From the NCBI GenBank assembly GCA_951406725.2, contig OX597827.1, positions 61,690,001-61,754,000 of the forward strand: a stretch of DNA of 64,000 bases, written 5' to 3'. Shown one piece after another: positions 38,001 to 51,312 of this stretch. Below the pieces are notes generated by a model. That model saw only the letters and a program-made list of their open reading frames with translations. It was not told where the DNA came from and made no database searches. Every line of letters begins with the position of its first letter. Positions within the stretch are counted from its first letter, which is position 1. The translations under genes were made by a program, and so were the position numbers. Source of the stretch: Octopus vulgaris (lineage: Eukaryota).

Positions 38001-41000
38001 TTATAAAGTTGACAGTGACTTTGAAGTTTTGACCAGCTAAACTATCAACAGACTACAGTCCAACAATGGCTTATCTGGTTGAAGCTTTGAAGTCACTGAC
38101 AACATTCTTGTATAAGAATGATAAATTTGTACTCTGCAGCTGTGTAAGGAAGTGCCAATCTCTAAGTGTGGAGGGAACCTGTGGTAGAAGTAGACCCAGG
38201 AAGACATGGGACAAGGTGGTGAAGCATGACCTTCGAACTTTGGGCCTAACAGAAGCAATGAGTATGCTGTGACCTGTCAAGACAAGTGAAATCATAATCA
38301 TGGTTGATGCTGGTGTCACATAAATGGTAACTGTGCTGGTGACATGTACAAAGCACCTTTTGAGCATTGGGCTTCATGGAGGTAAAGTGGCCAATGCCAG
38401 TGGCACATGAAAAGCTCCTTTCAAGTGTGGGTCTTCACACAGGCAATGACCAAGACTGTTGGCATTATGTCGTGCTTGAGAAGGAAACCCATCAAGCCAA
38501 GTAAAATCACAGTTGTTGCAGATACTGGTGTTGTGCAAATGGCACCCGTGCCGGTGGCGTGTAAAAGCACCCATTACACTCTCAGAGTGGTTGGCATTAG
38601 GAAGGGCATCCAGCTGTAGAAACCATGCCAAATCAGACTGGAGTCTAGTGCAGCCTTCCAGCTTGCCAGCCCTGGTCAAACCATCCAACCCATACCAGCA
38701 AGGACAACAGATGTTAAATGATGATGAAGATATATATATATATATATGTATGTATGTATGTACATATGTGTATGTATGTATGTATTTGTAGGTGTATATT
38801 TTTGTCTTCCCACCATGTGACAACAAGCGTTGGTTTGTTGATATCCCCATAAATTAGCAGCTTTGCTAGTTCAATAGAATAAATATCAGACTTAAAAACA
38901 AAGTCCTGGGATCAATTTGTTGCAACCAAAACCCTTCAAAGCAGTGCCCCAGCATGGCCACTGTCCAATGATTGAAACAAGTGAAAAATAAAAGAAAAGA
39001 CCGAGAAAGCATTTAGTCCAGCACTCAAAATATTTGTACTATCTCATTATCTATTTAATAATACTTCTGGCTGAAAGCTTCTTCAAAGAAATCACAATAG
39101 CAATCTGCAGACTACTCGCCAATAATTTATCAACAGCCTTTTATCTTTTACTTGTTTCAGTCACTGGATCGCGGCCATGCTGGAGCACCACTTTGAAGAG
39201 TTTAGTCAAACAAATCAACTGCACTATTTATTTTTAAGCCTGGTACTCAGTCTAACAATCTCTTAGGCCAAACTGCTAAGTTATGGGAATGTAAACAGAC
39301 ACAAGTCAGGGCAAGGTTGTTTTATGGAAGACCAGCAGTTGCCCATGCATACAGGCCTCCCCTCTCCACACCACCAGTGTTATCCAAGGGAAAGGCAAAG
39401 AGGCCGATACAGTTTGGCACCAGTGACACCGCAACTCATTTCTACAGCTGAGTGAACTGGAGCAACTTGAAATAAAGTGTCTTGCTCAAGAACACAACAC
39501 ACAGCCCAGTCCAGGATTCGAACTCACAACCTCACGATCGTAAGCTCGATGCTCTAAACACTGAGCCATGCGCCTTCACATATATATATATATATATATA
39601 TGTACAGGGTGCAGCAAACAAATTGTTGTCTAAATTATGCAAAAAAGAAAATAACACTGACATCTCATTTTAACATATATTTACCAAAATTACATAAAAA
39701 TATCTTGAAATACTAAAGAGAAAATTTATTCAATAAAATCACCATTGGCTTCAACCACAGCAAAAGAGTAGTGTAAGTTCCAGACTTAAAAATAAGTACT
39801 GGGGTCAATTTGTTTGGGGTTGTCCCATAAATACAATGATCTAGAACCATATCAATCAATGTACACTTTTTTTTAAAAAAATCCTTTGGCTCTCCTGTAT
39901 ATCATGTGATACACAGGAAATATTTCCAGGCCAGCAATTTATCATATATTACTTGGAGAGGAGAGACTGGTATGCATGGGTAACTGCTGGTCTTCCACAA
40001 ACAACCTTGCCCGAACTTGTGCCTCAGAACATTCTATGTACAATCCTATGGTCATTCATGACCAAAGGGGCTTTTTATTTACTTTATTTACTAGTTATGG
40101 GAGAGAGCAATGAAAACATGTGACATTCATATACTCTGCTGATTTCTTGAAGCAACTCTCTTTTACTCGTTTCAGTCATTTGACTGCGGCCATGCTGGAG
40201 CACCACCTTTAGACGAGCAAATCGCGCCTAGGGCTTATTATTTGTAAGCCTAGTACTTATTCTATCAGTCTCTTTTGCCGAAGCACTAAGTTAAGGAGAT
40301 GTAAACACACCAGCATCAGTTGTCAAGCAATGTTGGGGGGACAAACACAGACACACACATATATATACATATACATGACGGGCTTCCTTCAATTTCCATC
40401 TACCAAATCCACTCACAAGGCTTTGGTCAGCCCGAGGTTAAAGTAGAAGACACTTGCCCAAGGTGTCACGCAGTGGGAATGAACCCGGAACCATGTGGTT
40501 CGTAAGCAAGCTACTTACAACACAGCCACTCCTGCGCCTATGATAAGGATTCCTAATTGTTTGTGACTAGCAGAGTAACTTGGGACTTATGAACGGAAAG
40601 CTTTATATTACAAGCAATGTTTGAAACGAGGACTAACAAGAAGTCTGAAAACAAGCATGGACATTTAGGACAAACTTATGAAAATGCTTTGAAGAGACAA
40701 ATGGTTAAAACAGTAGGGTGCAATGTTAGGAAGAACTGGCTGCTATTTCTAGGAAGTACAACTATGAAGAACTGCCTTCGTTAGCTCATTACTTATACAA
40801 ACAGTTACACAATACAAACAGGCTGTGACAGACTTATAAAACAATAGTCAGCAACTTCAAGGTTATGCTTGTTTGGAACATTGGGCAGGTAGCCAACCAT
40901 GGAATTCAGTCAAGTAAATCTTCTAACTTTTGTTTTCTTTTAATCATCATCATCGTTTAACGTCTGCTTTCCATGCTAGCATGGATTGGATGATTTGACT

Positions 41001-42827
41001 GAGGACTGGCAAACCAGATGGCTGCACCGGGCTCCAATCTGATCTGGCAGAGTTTCTACAGCTGGATGCCCTTCCTAACGCCAACCACTCCGAGAGTGTA
41101 GTGGTGCTTTTATGTGCCACCAGCATGAGGACCAGTCAGGCGGTACTTACAACAGCCATGAAAAAAATCGTGTTTTTTTACGTGTCACTTGCACACCGGC
41201 ACAAGTGCCAGTAAGACAATGTGGTAACAATCATGCTCGAATGGTGCTTTTTACGTGCCAACAAGCTTCTTTCAGTTTCCATCTACCAAATCCACTCACA
41301 AGGTTTTGGTCAGCCCAAGAGTATAGTAGAAGACACTTGCCCAAGGTGCCGTACACGTTAGGACTGAATCCGGAACCATGTTGTTGGGAAGCAAGCTTCT
41401 TATCACACAACCATACCATCTTTTTTATCATATTTTACTCCTTGTAGTTAATTATGAGTGAAGGTGCATGGCTCAGTGATTAAAGCATCAGGCCTTCTAC
41501 TGTGAGGTAGTGAGTTTGATTCCTGAACTAGGCTATGTGTTGAGGTTCTTGAGTAAGACACTTTATTTCACGTTGCTCCAGTTCTCAGCTGTAGAAATAA
41601 GCCATGACGTCACGGGTGCCAAGCTGTATCAGCCTTTGCCTTTCTCTAGGATAATATCGGTGGCGTCGAGAGGAGAGACTGGTATGCATGAGCAACTGCT
41701 GGTCTTCCACAAATAACCTTGCCCGGACTTGTGCCTTAGAACATTCTAGGTACAATCCTAAGGTCATTCATGACCAAAGGGGTTTTTTTATTTACTTTAT
41801 TTACTAGTTATGGGAGAAGAGCAATGAAAACATGCGACATTCATATATATACTCTGCTGATTTCTTAAAGCAGCTCTCTATATAAGTAGATGAAAATTTC
41901 TTCTTCCCATGTTTAGAATAGCTTGGTTTATATAACATCACTACAGAAAACATTACACACGTTGTATAACAAACACTGTCCAGTATAGCAACATGGCAAA
42001 GCAGTTGTTTAGTCTCTGACTGAGCAAGCAAATTATGACTGAAAGGTAATTCCAGCAGTAGCCACCCTAACTTTTTGCAGATACTGGCATACTTCAAACT
42101 ACATTATCCACAGTGTTCTTTTGTTAACCCTTTAGCATTTAAACTAGCCATATCCAGCCAAAAATATTCTAATTGTTTTATGTTAAAAAGTGGCCAGATC
42201 TGGCTTCTCACACCTACCCTACAATGTCAATCGAAAAATAAGCAATTACATGACTGAAATCTCAAAGGCATGAAATAATGCATGATTAATTCAAAACAAT
42301 GTGAATAAATAAGTATTACATTTGACAGAGTAATCTGAATGCTAAATGGGTTAAGCCAGTAAGGTGCAATGGGAGTGGATTTGACTGCTACTTCTAGTAA
42401 GTCAAGCAATCACGCAGAGGCTCTATTGTCATTGTAGTTGTAGTAGTAGTAGTAGTAGTAGTAGTAGAGTATGATGAAACTATGTAAACAAACAGTGCAG
42501 TTGAGCTTGGTACATTATACTGACTTCACTTTACAAAGTAACGCAGCCTAAATGAAAAATTTAATACTTGTGGGAAAGAACTGGTGTGAGAATGACAAGA
42601 GAGAGAAAGAACAGAGGAGTAGAAAGACCTTAAATGGGCAACAAAAAAAAAAAAAAGTAATACAGTCAATACATTTTTTTTATCAACTTTTGCCACAGCA
42701 GAACCTGTATTTTAATCTCTAAAGAACAGTGATGGCTTCTGTGTATATAACCCTACAAAAGAGTGAACACTTTAAATCCTTGTAAACCAGTTCTCATTTT
42801 ATTAACCCCTTTTACTGTAGAAAAGTG

Positions 42828-43155
42828 AAGGCGCATGGCTCAGCGGTTAGAGCGTCGAGCTTACGATCGTGAGGTTGTGAGCTCGAATCCCGGACTGGGC
42901 TGTGTGTTGTGTTCTTGAGCAAGACACTTTATTTCACGTTGCTCCAGTTCACTCAGCTGTAGAAATGAGTTGTGACGTCACTGGTGCCAAGTTGTATCGG
43001 CCCCTTTGCCTTTCCCTTGGATAACACTGGTGGCGTGGAGAGGGGAGACCAGTATGCATGGGCAACTGCTGGTCTCCCATAAACAACCTTACCCGGACTT
43101 GTGCCTGGGAGGGTAACTTTCTTGGTGCAATCCCATGGTCAGTGTCGTGACCCAG
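42828..43155 (+). mobile_element. tRNA-Arg(ACG)-derived SINE family C
   Basis: gaaggcgcatggctcagcggttagagcgtcgagcttACGatc...ctcgaatccc head, followed by a gtgttcttgagcaagacacttta core. Copies at 2930-3255(-), 27060-27310(-), 39300-39577(-), 41460-41785 and 61570-61881(-). Confidence 0.85.
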
Positions 43156-44706
43156 TTACTGCAGAAATCAAATATATCCACTTAGAATTTTATTACCCTT
43201 AATTGTGGAAAGCGGTTTTATATGCCAATCTATCTTTAGTTGAGGAATGTCATGTTTGAAACTACTTTTTTTGTTGAGATATGTCAAGTACAGTTAAGGC
43301 AACGTGATTTTGCAGAAAATACCAATTCTATTATCCATTAGATATTTAACATAATTACTGGAGTAACGATGGAAATTAATCAAATAGCTAAATGGTTAAT
43401 ATAATTACATGGGGCTGTTGATATTTTTATCCACCTCAAATTTTACTTTTTTTTTTTCCATCATTGGCCAGCAGCCATGCTGGGGCACTGCCCTGAAAGG
43501 TTTTAGTAAAACATATCAATCCCTATATTTGTTTCTTTTAAGTCTAGTACTTAATCTATCAGCCTCTTTTGTTGAACTACTAAGTTATGGGGATATAAAC
43601 AAACTAACACTGGTTATCAAGCAGGGAATGGAAAGCACACATACACACACACACACGAAGGGGATCCACTCCTTTTCTTATTTCTTTATTGCCCACACGG
43701 AGCTAAACATAGAGGGGACAAACAAGGGCAGACAAAGGGATTAAGCCGATTACATCGACCCCAGTGCATAACTGGTACTTAATTTATCGACCCCGAAAGA
43801 ATGAAAGGCAAAGTCGACGTTGGCGGAATTTGAACTCAGAATGTAAAGACAAACGAAATACCTAATTCTTTACTGCCCACAAGGGGCTAAACATAGAGGG
43901 GACAAACAAGGACTGACAAATGGATTAAGTCGATTATATCGACCCCAGTGTGTAACTGGTACTTATTTAATCGACCCCAAAAGGATGAAAGGCAAAGTCG
44001 ACCTTGGCAGAATTTGAACTCAGAACGTAATGGCAGACGAAATACCGCTAAGCATTTCGCCTGGCATGTTAACGTTTCTACCAGCTCACAAAGCATTAGT
44101 TTAGCTCAGAGTTACAGTAAAAACACTCGCCCAAGGTGCCAAGCAGTGAGATTGAACTGAAAACCATATGATTTGCAAAGTGAGCTCTTTCACCACACAG
44201 CCATGCCTGCACCTATAGACATAATACAACAACTAAACCGACAGTATTCCATTATAAATCTCGGAGAATATTTCTGTGCTGAGAACAGAAATAGGTCACA
44301 CTAACGAAACTAATTAAGTGCAGGAAAAAAAGTCTTTTCTCAGTTATTTTACAAATGCTATTAACTTACCACTGTCCTCCCTTAACAACAACACCAACAA
44401 CAAAACATAAGAATGAACTCTTCTTACGTTGAACAAGCCAACACATTTGTAGAGGAAGGGTGAAATTGATTATATTGACCCCAATACAAAACTGGTATTT
44501 TATTAATCCTGAATTCATATAATCATCATTCAATGTCCCTTGTTACATGCAAGCATGAATTGGACAGTTCAACAGGAACAGAAGAGCTAAAGGACAGCGC
44601 CAAGCTCCAGAGTCTGCTTTGGTACAGTTTCTACAGCTCAATGCCCTTCCAAATGCCAACCACTTTACAGAGTGTAGTGGGTGCTTATTTTCATATAAAT
44701 AATATG

Positions 44707-44756
<50 letters not shown>

Positions 44757-44976
44757 GGGGCCAACAATTTGTGAGAAAAAATATACATTCTCAAAAATTA
44801 ATTTGCTAAGATATTATTAATTTTGTTATCATCTGGTAAGTAGCTTGCTTACCAACCACATGGTTCCGGGTTCAGTCCCACTGCATGGCACCTTGGGAAA
44901 GTGTCTTCTACTATAGCCTCGGGCCAACCAAAGCCTTGTGAGTGGATTTTGCAGATGGAAACTGAAAGAAGCCTGT

Positions 44977-45024
<48 letters not shown>

Positions 45025-45380
45025 CATTCTCTGCAGTAAATTCAAAACTACTATATTTCACAAATAAAACTTAACCTAACAAACACATTATTTTATTGTT
45101 TTTACATTTATTGCCCCCTTTTGGCCACCTCATTATTGCCCTTCTTCAATGCACTCCTGGATCTTTCCACTGCCTACTTTGGGTAGTCTGCGTTCGTCCC
45201 ACAACATTGCTTGACAACCGATGCTGGTGTGTTTATGTCCCTGTAATTTAGTGGTTCAGCAAAAAAGACCAATAGAATAAGTACTAGGCTTACAAAGAAT
45301 AAGTCCTGGGGTCAATTTGCTCGACTAAAGGCGTCGCTCCAGCATGGCCACAGTTAAATGACTGAAACAAGTAAAAGAGT

Positions 45381-45427
<47 letters not shown>

Positions 45428-45562
45428 TGTTAAGAGAGAGTGAGTAATCTTCTGAGTTTTAAATTATTTACATAAGGTAAATAAAATAAAATCTTTATCT
45501 TTTGTGTTCTTATATCCCACAAATACTATGTGCACTGTCTACAACTAATTATTACTAATTGT

Positions 45563-45751
45563 ATTCCCTCATATTAGAGTCACTGAAGCTCAGTGAAGAA
45601 ACGAAGGTTTGTGCACATTGTTGCTTCAGTGAGTCATCATCATCATCATCATCGTTTAACGTCCGTGATGATGATGATGACTCACTGAAGCAACAATGTG
45701 CACAAACCTTCGTTTCTTCACTGAGTTTCAGTGACTCTAATATGAGGGAAT
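45563..45751. repeat. 86-bp inverted repeat with 17-nt spacer
   Basis: 45563-45648 is the reverse complement of 45666-45751 with one mismatch. Confidence 0.95.
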
Positions 45752-48700
45752 TTGCAGATTTCAGGAGTGACTGTGTGACTGTGAAGCTTGCTTCCCAACC
45801 ATGGCAGGAGTGGCTGTGTGGTAAGTAGCTTGCTTACCAACCACATGGTTCTGGGTTCAGTCCCACAGCATGGCACCTTGGGCAAGTGTCTTCTACTGTA
45901 GCCTTGTGAGTGGATTTGGTAGACGGAAACTGAAAGAAGCCCGTCATATATATGTATGTATATATATATGTATGTATGTATATATGTTAGTCCCCCCAAC
46001 ATCACTTGGCAACCAATGCTGGTGTGTTTAGATCCCTGTAACTTAGCGGTTTGGCAAAAGACACCGACAGAATAAGTACTAGGCTTACAAAGAATAAGTC
46101 CAGGGGTCGATTTGCTCAACTAAAGGTGGTGCTCCAGCATGGCTGCAGTCAAATGACTGAAACAAGTAAAAGAGTACGTGACCTCAGGTTCAGTCCCACT
46201 GCACAGCACCTTGGGTAAATGTCCTCTGATATAAGCCCAGGCCAACTAAAGCCTTAGTAGATGGAAACTGACACTCTGTGTGTGTGTGTGTGTGTATGAA
46301 TGTATGTATTTTAAAGAGTAAAGGAGATACTTGGAAATTACTTTAGCCCCCCCAAGGGCTCAAATTTGAGGGATGGCTACAGTCAGTCATAGAGACTCCA
46401 GAAAGATGAAAAGCAAAGTTTAAACCCAGCAAAGATGTAGATTCAGAACACAAAGGGTCTACTACTGCTGCTGCTGCTGCTACTACTGACACTGCTTGCT
46501 GTGATTAATGCTGTCACTATTGCAACACTGCTATTGTTGCAATTGTCATGGCAGCAGTTGATATAGTGGCAGGAATTTAAAAAAAAATTTTTTTTTTTTC
46601 TTCCAGTTCCCGTTGCTGCTATTATTTCTACTACTGCTGTCATTGCAGCAAAATTTACTTATTAAATAATAATCTCCTAATCCTCAACAAACCTCTGTAC
46701 TAATTTTTTAAGCATATCAACTTCTTAATTTCTATTACTAAAGTTATAAACACAATCATTTATATTTACCCCTTGTATTACTATATACTTCTGTTGAATT
46801 AAACTACTTTATATTTCAATTAATTTTGAAAGTAACAAGAATTTAATAAAAATATCTTTATCATTCTTAAGCTGGGGCTTAATAAATTAATATTAAATTT
46901 TGATGGAAGGTTTTAATTTTGAGCTCTTTTAAAACAGAAAGTTGAACCATAGAACTAAGAGCAGTCTCAAGATTGGTATCAAAAGGGTTTAATACAAAAA
47001 CTATTGGCAGTAAGTTGGTAGAATCATTAACATGCTGGATAAAATGCCTAGTGGTATTTCTTCCAATTTTTCACACTGAGAGTTCAAATACTGCCGAGAT
47101 TGACTTTGCTTTACATCCTTCATAGGGTCAATAAAATAAAGTACCAGTTCAGTACTACGGTTGATGTAGTCAACAAACCCCACTACTTGCCTTTGAAATT
47201 GCTGGCCTTGTGCAAAAATTTGAAACCTTCATTATTGATTTCTTTCAACAAGGTGTAGGAGTGGCTGTGTGGTAAGTAGCTTGCTTACCAACCACATGGT
47301 TCTGGGTTCAGTCCCACTGCATGGCACCTTGGGCAAGTGTCTTCTACCAAACAAAGTGTCCTCAGGCTGACCAAAGCCTTGTGAGTGGATTAGGTAGATG
47401 GAAACTGAAAGAAGCCCATCCTTTATATATATGTGTGCGTGTGTGTCTATGTATATACTTGTCTCCCCGACATTGCTTGACAGCCGATGCTGGTGTCTTT
47501 ATGTCCCTGTAACTTAGCAGTTTGGCAAAAGAGACCGATAGAATAAGTACTAGGCTTACAAAGAATAAGTCCTAGGGTCGATTTGCTCGATTGCATGGCC
47601 ACAGTCAAATGACTGAAACAAATAAAAAAATAAGGAACCAGATAAGCGACACAGAGGGCGAAAGAGCAGTCCCTACAAATTAATCTAGTATCTTACTGAT
47701 ACTTTTTGTCATTTTTGTCTACCATACAGGAAAGAAGAGTGAAATTCTATGAACACTTGCTTTCATAGCAAGGATGAAATAGTAAAATGTTGATATGAGA
47801 ACCAACACACACACAAAGCGAGCCATCAAATGCAATACTAGGGGCTTCTGAAAAGTTCCTGGCTTTGGGTAAAAAAAAAATATAGGAGGATCAGTTAATT
47901 ATGATTTTATTCAACATATTCCCCCCAGATTCACGCACTTTTTACAGTGGTCCTTCAGTTTTTCTAAGCCCAGTGAAAGAGATCAGAAGGTTGGGCCTTC
48001 AATCAGGACTTTCACGATACTCTTAAGCCAAGAACTTTTCAGCACCCCCTCACACAGGAGAAGGAATTCTGGAGACAAGTGGTTGATGGTGTTCTTCTGC
48101 AGATGACCCAGTAGGTAGGTATTTGGATCTTTACCTTTTGATCAGCAGATTTAGAAAATAATTTTTTGTAATTAAACACTTTCAAACTTCGTATACTAGT
48201 ATAATGTGTCATATAAAACATTTTTTACTCTTAGCATTTTTGAGAAAAGTTTATATTTACGAAGTTATTTCATGTTAAAAACCCAGGAAAACATGGGATG
48301 AGGTGGTGAAGCATGACCTTTGAACACTGGGCCTCACAAAGGTAATGACAAGCGACCAAGACTTTTGGAGATATGCTGTGCTTGAGAAGACCTGGCAAGC
48401 CAAGTGAGATTCTAGTTGTGGCCAATACCAGTGTTGCATAACTGGCCCATTTAAAAGCACCCTTCAATCATTGGGCAATATGCCATGCTTGTAAAGACTT
48501 ATTAAACTGAGTGACATCATAGTTGTGGCCAATACCTGTGCCAGTGGCAAGTAAAAAGCACCATTCGAACGTGACTGATGCCAGTGCCACCTGACTGGTA
48601 TGTAAAAAGTACCATTCAAGCATGGCTAATGCCTGTGCCACCCGATTGGCACATAAAAAGCACCCACTACACTCTCGGAGTGGTTGGCATTAGGAAGGGC

Positions 48701-49826
48701 ATCCAGCTGTAGAAATCTTGCCAAATAAGATTGGAGCCTGGTGCAGCCTCCTGGCTTGCCAGTTCTCAGTCAAACTGTCCAACTCATGCCAGCAATGGAA
48801 AGTGGTTGTTAAATGATGATGATGATGGTGGTGGTGGTGGTGGAGATACAACAAGCTTCTTTCAATTTCCATCTATCCAATTCACTCACAAATCTTCAGT
48901 TAACTTGGGGCTAGAGTAGAAGACATCTGCATAAAGTGCTGTACAGAGGGGCTGGACCTGAGATCACAGTTGAAATGTAAACTTCTTAACCACACAGCCA
49001 TACCTGCACCTTCGCCTACATTTAAATTTTTAACTACTTGTTGACAAAGTCTCTAAAAATCCCTATAAGGAGTGCAAAAAAAATGTCTAAGCCCAAAAGT
49101 AATTTAATACCAATTTATCACCCACATTTCTGAAAATCAGTAGTTATGTAGCCCCTCCATAACAAGAACCTGTTTTTCCCCTTTCTCATATTTTTTTTGG
49201 GGTTTCTTTATTACCCACAAGGGGCTAAACATAGAGGGGAAGGGGACAAACAAGGACAGACAAAGGGATTAAGTCAATTACATCGACCCCAGTGCGTAAC
49301 TGGTACTTAATTTATCGACCCCGAAAGGATTGAAGGCAAAGTCAACCTCAGCGGAATTTGAACTCAGAACGTAACAGCAGACGAAATATGGCTACGCATT
49401 TCACCCGGCGTAGCCATATTTTTTTGTGCAGGAGTTCCTAGAGACATGTAATTTATTTTAAGGGTTGCGCAAGGATAAAAAGGTTGAGAAACACTGGGTT
49501 AGAGTGTTGCACTCAGATCATAAGGTTGTATTTTAACCCCCTCATCTCCAAGCATAAAGCCAGCTCACCCTTTGGGGTTTATAGTCTTGTAAGCTGGATG
49601 GCAACATCACTAGTGCTGGTGGTATGAAAAAAAAGCACCTAGTACATGCTGTAAAGTGGTTGATATTATGAAGGGCATCCAACTGTAGAAACCGTGCCTA
49701 CAGCAGGCACGATGTGGTCCTTGGATCTACTGGATCCTATCAAATTATCCCAACATATATCAGCATGAAAATAGACATTAAATGATGATGACAATGCTTT
49801 ACATACATAAATACATAATTATATAT

Positions 49827-49888
49827 ATACAAAATTTAGAGGACTGACCACTGTCCACTTTTAGTGGTCAGTCCTCTAAATTTTGTAT
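49827..49888. repeat. Perfect 26-bp inverted repeat with 10-nt loop
   Basis: atacaaaatttagaggactgaccact-gtccactttt-agtggtcagtcctctaaattttgtat. Confidence 0.95.
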
Positions 49889-50359
49889 GTAAAAATTTTT
49901 AATCTTAGGATTAAAAATATGCTAGGCCACTGGTTTTAATTGATTAATATCAATTTCTACCCTTATTTAATTTTTGAGGAGACCTATTGAGTCAAGTACA
50001 TCAAAATAAATATCAAATGGAAATTGTAGTTGTGATACTTGTGCCAGTGGCACGTAAAAAGCACCATCCGAACGTGACCGATGCCAGCGCCGCCTTGACT
50101 GGCTTCTGTGCCGGTGGCACGTAAAAGGCACCAACCGATCGTGGCTGCTGCCAGCCTCCCCAGGCACCTGTGCTGGTGGCACGTAAAAAGCACCCACTAC
50201 ACTCACGGAGTGGTTGGCGTTAGGAAGGGCATCCAGCTGTAGAAACACTGCCAGATCAGACTGGAGCCTGGTGCAGCCTTCTGCCTTCCCAGACCCTGGT
50301 CGAACCGTTCAACCTGTGCTAGCATGGAAAACGGATGTTAAACGATGATGATGATACTA

Positions 50360-51279
50360 CAGAAGAGGGACATTCAGAAGTTAGTTTAAATAAGTATCTG
50401 ATTAATTTTGAGCTAGATATAGGATTGCGTTAGAGTGTTGAATAAGTTCTATAGAGTTTTGAATCCAGGGGGTGCTGGGTGGACAATACAAGTAGTAAAC
50501 AGGAAAAATATATAGTAAAAGAGGATTAAAGATGGAGACTAATTAGTGAGAATACGAGTGTTTAGTAAATATGGATCAGATTATAAATAAGGTGAAGGTT
50601 CTAGAAGTAGTTAAAATGGTTGTAACTAGAGATTTCTCCAGCTGTAAAAAAAAAGGCAAGATTAAATGGCAGTTACAGTATGTTAAAGGTGGTACGGTCT
50701 TGTGTCAATTAAATGAAATACTCTTGTTAACAAAAGCATGAGATTATGTTCGTATCTGTTAATAGTTATATGAATAGTGATAATATGTTAGAGATATATG
50801 AGGGGTATTTCAAGGTCATACAATGATTATGCAAAGGTTTGTGGCCAAGTGGTTAGAGGAGCGTTTCTTAACCAGGGTTCCGTAAAAGGTTCCTAGGGGT
50901 TCCACGAGAAAGAGTTATCGAAAAAATATTACAACCATATAAAATATATATATATATAATTATTAATATTAGGGAATTTATTTCTGAGTCCACAGGGGAG
51001 AGAAATTCAATTAAGTGGTACTAAAACGAATTTCCCACTGTATTTATTATATATATAGGTTTAAGACTAGAAGATTGGCAATGTAGTGGATCGATATAGT
51101 ATTGAATTTCGAAACCTATATTAGCAATATCGATAGTTATAGTCATGAAACGCGCATAGTCTATCTAATGTATATGATTCAGAATAGTAATTGTAGATAT
51201 TTAGTCTTAGATACCTCTTTCATAGATAACGTTGTTCAAAGTTGATTGAGTTGATGACGGTGGTTCTGTCTCTTAAACC

Positions 51280-51285
<6 letters not shown>
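50360..51285 (+). mobile_element. Possible Penelope-like element 3' remnant
   Basis: Decayed KIKWQL..Y.KGG..LC.LNE.LL resembles a GIY-YIG endonuclease C-terminus. Decayed hammerhead GACUA-GAAGA...GAAACGCGCA-UAGUC at 51065-51161. Interrupted by a hAT-like piece near 50860. Confidence 0.4.

Positions 51286-51312
<27 letters not shown>

Noticed and set aside
42828-42900. tRNA-Arg gene (also 60118-60185)
   Set aside because: No proper acceptor stem or terminator; continues into a SINE body that is multicopy in the window.
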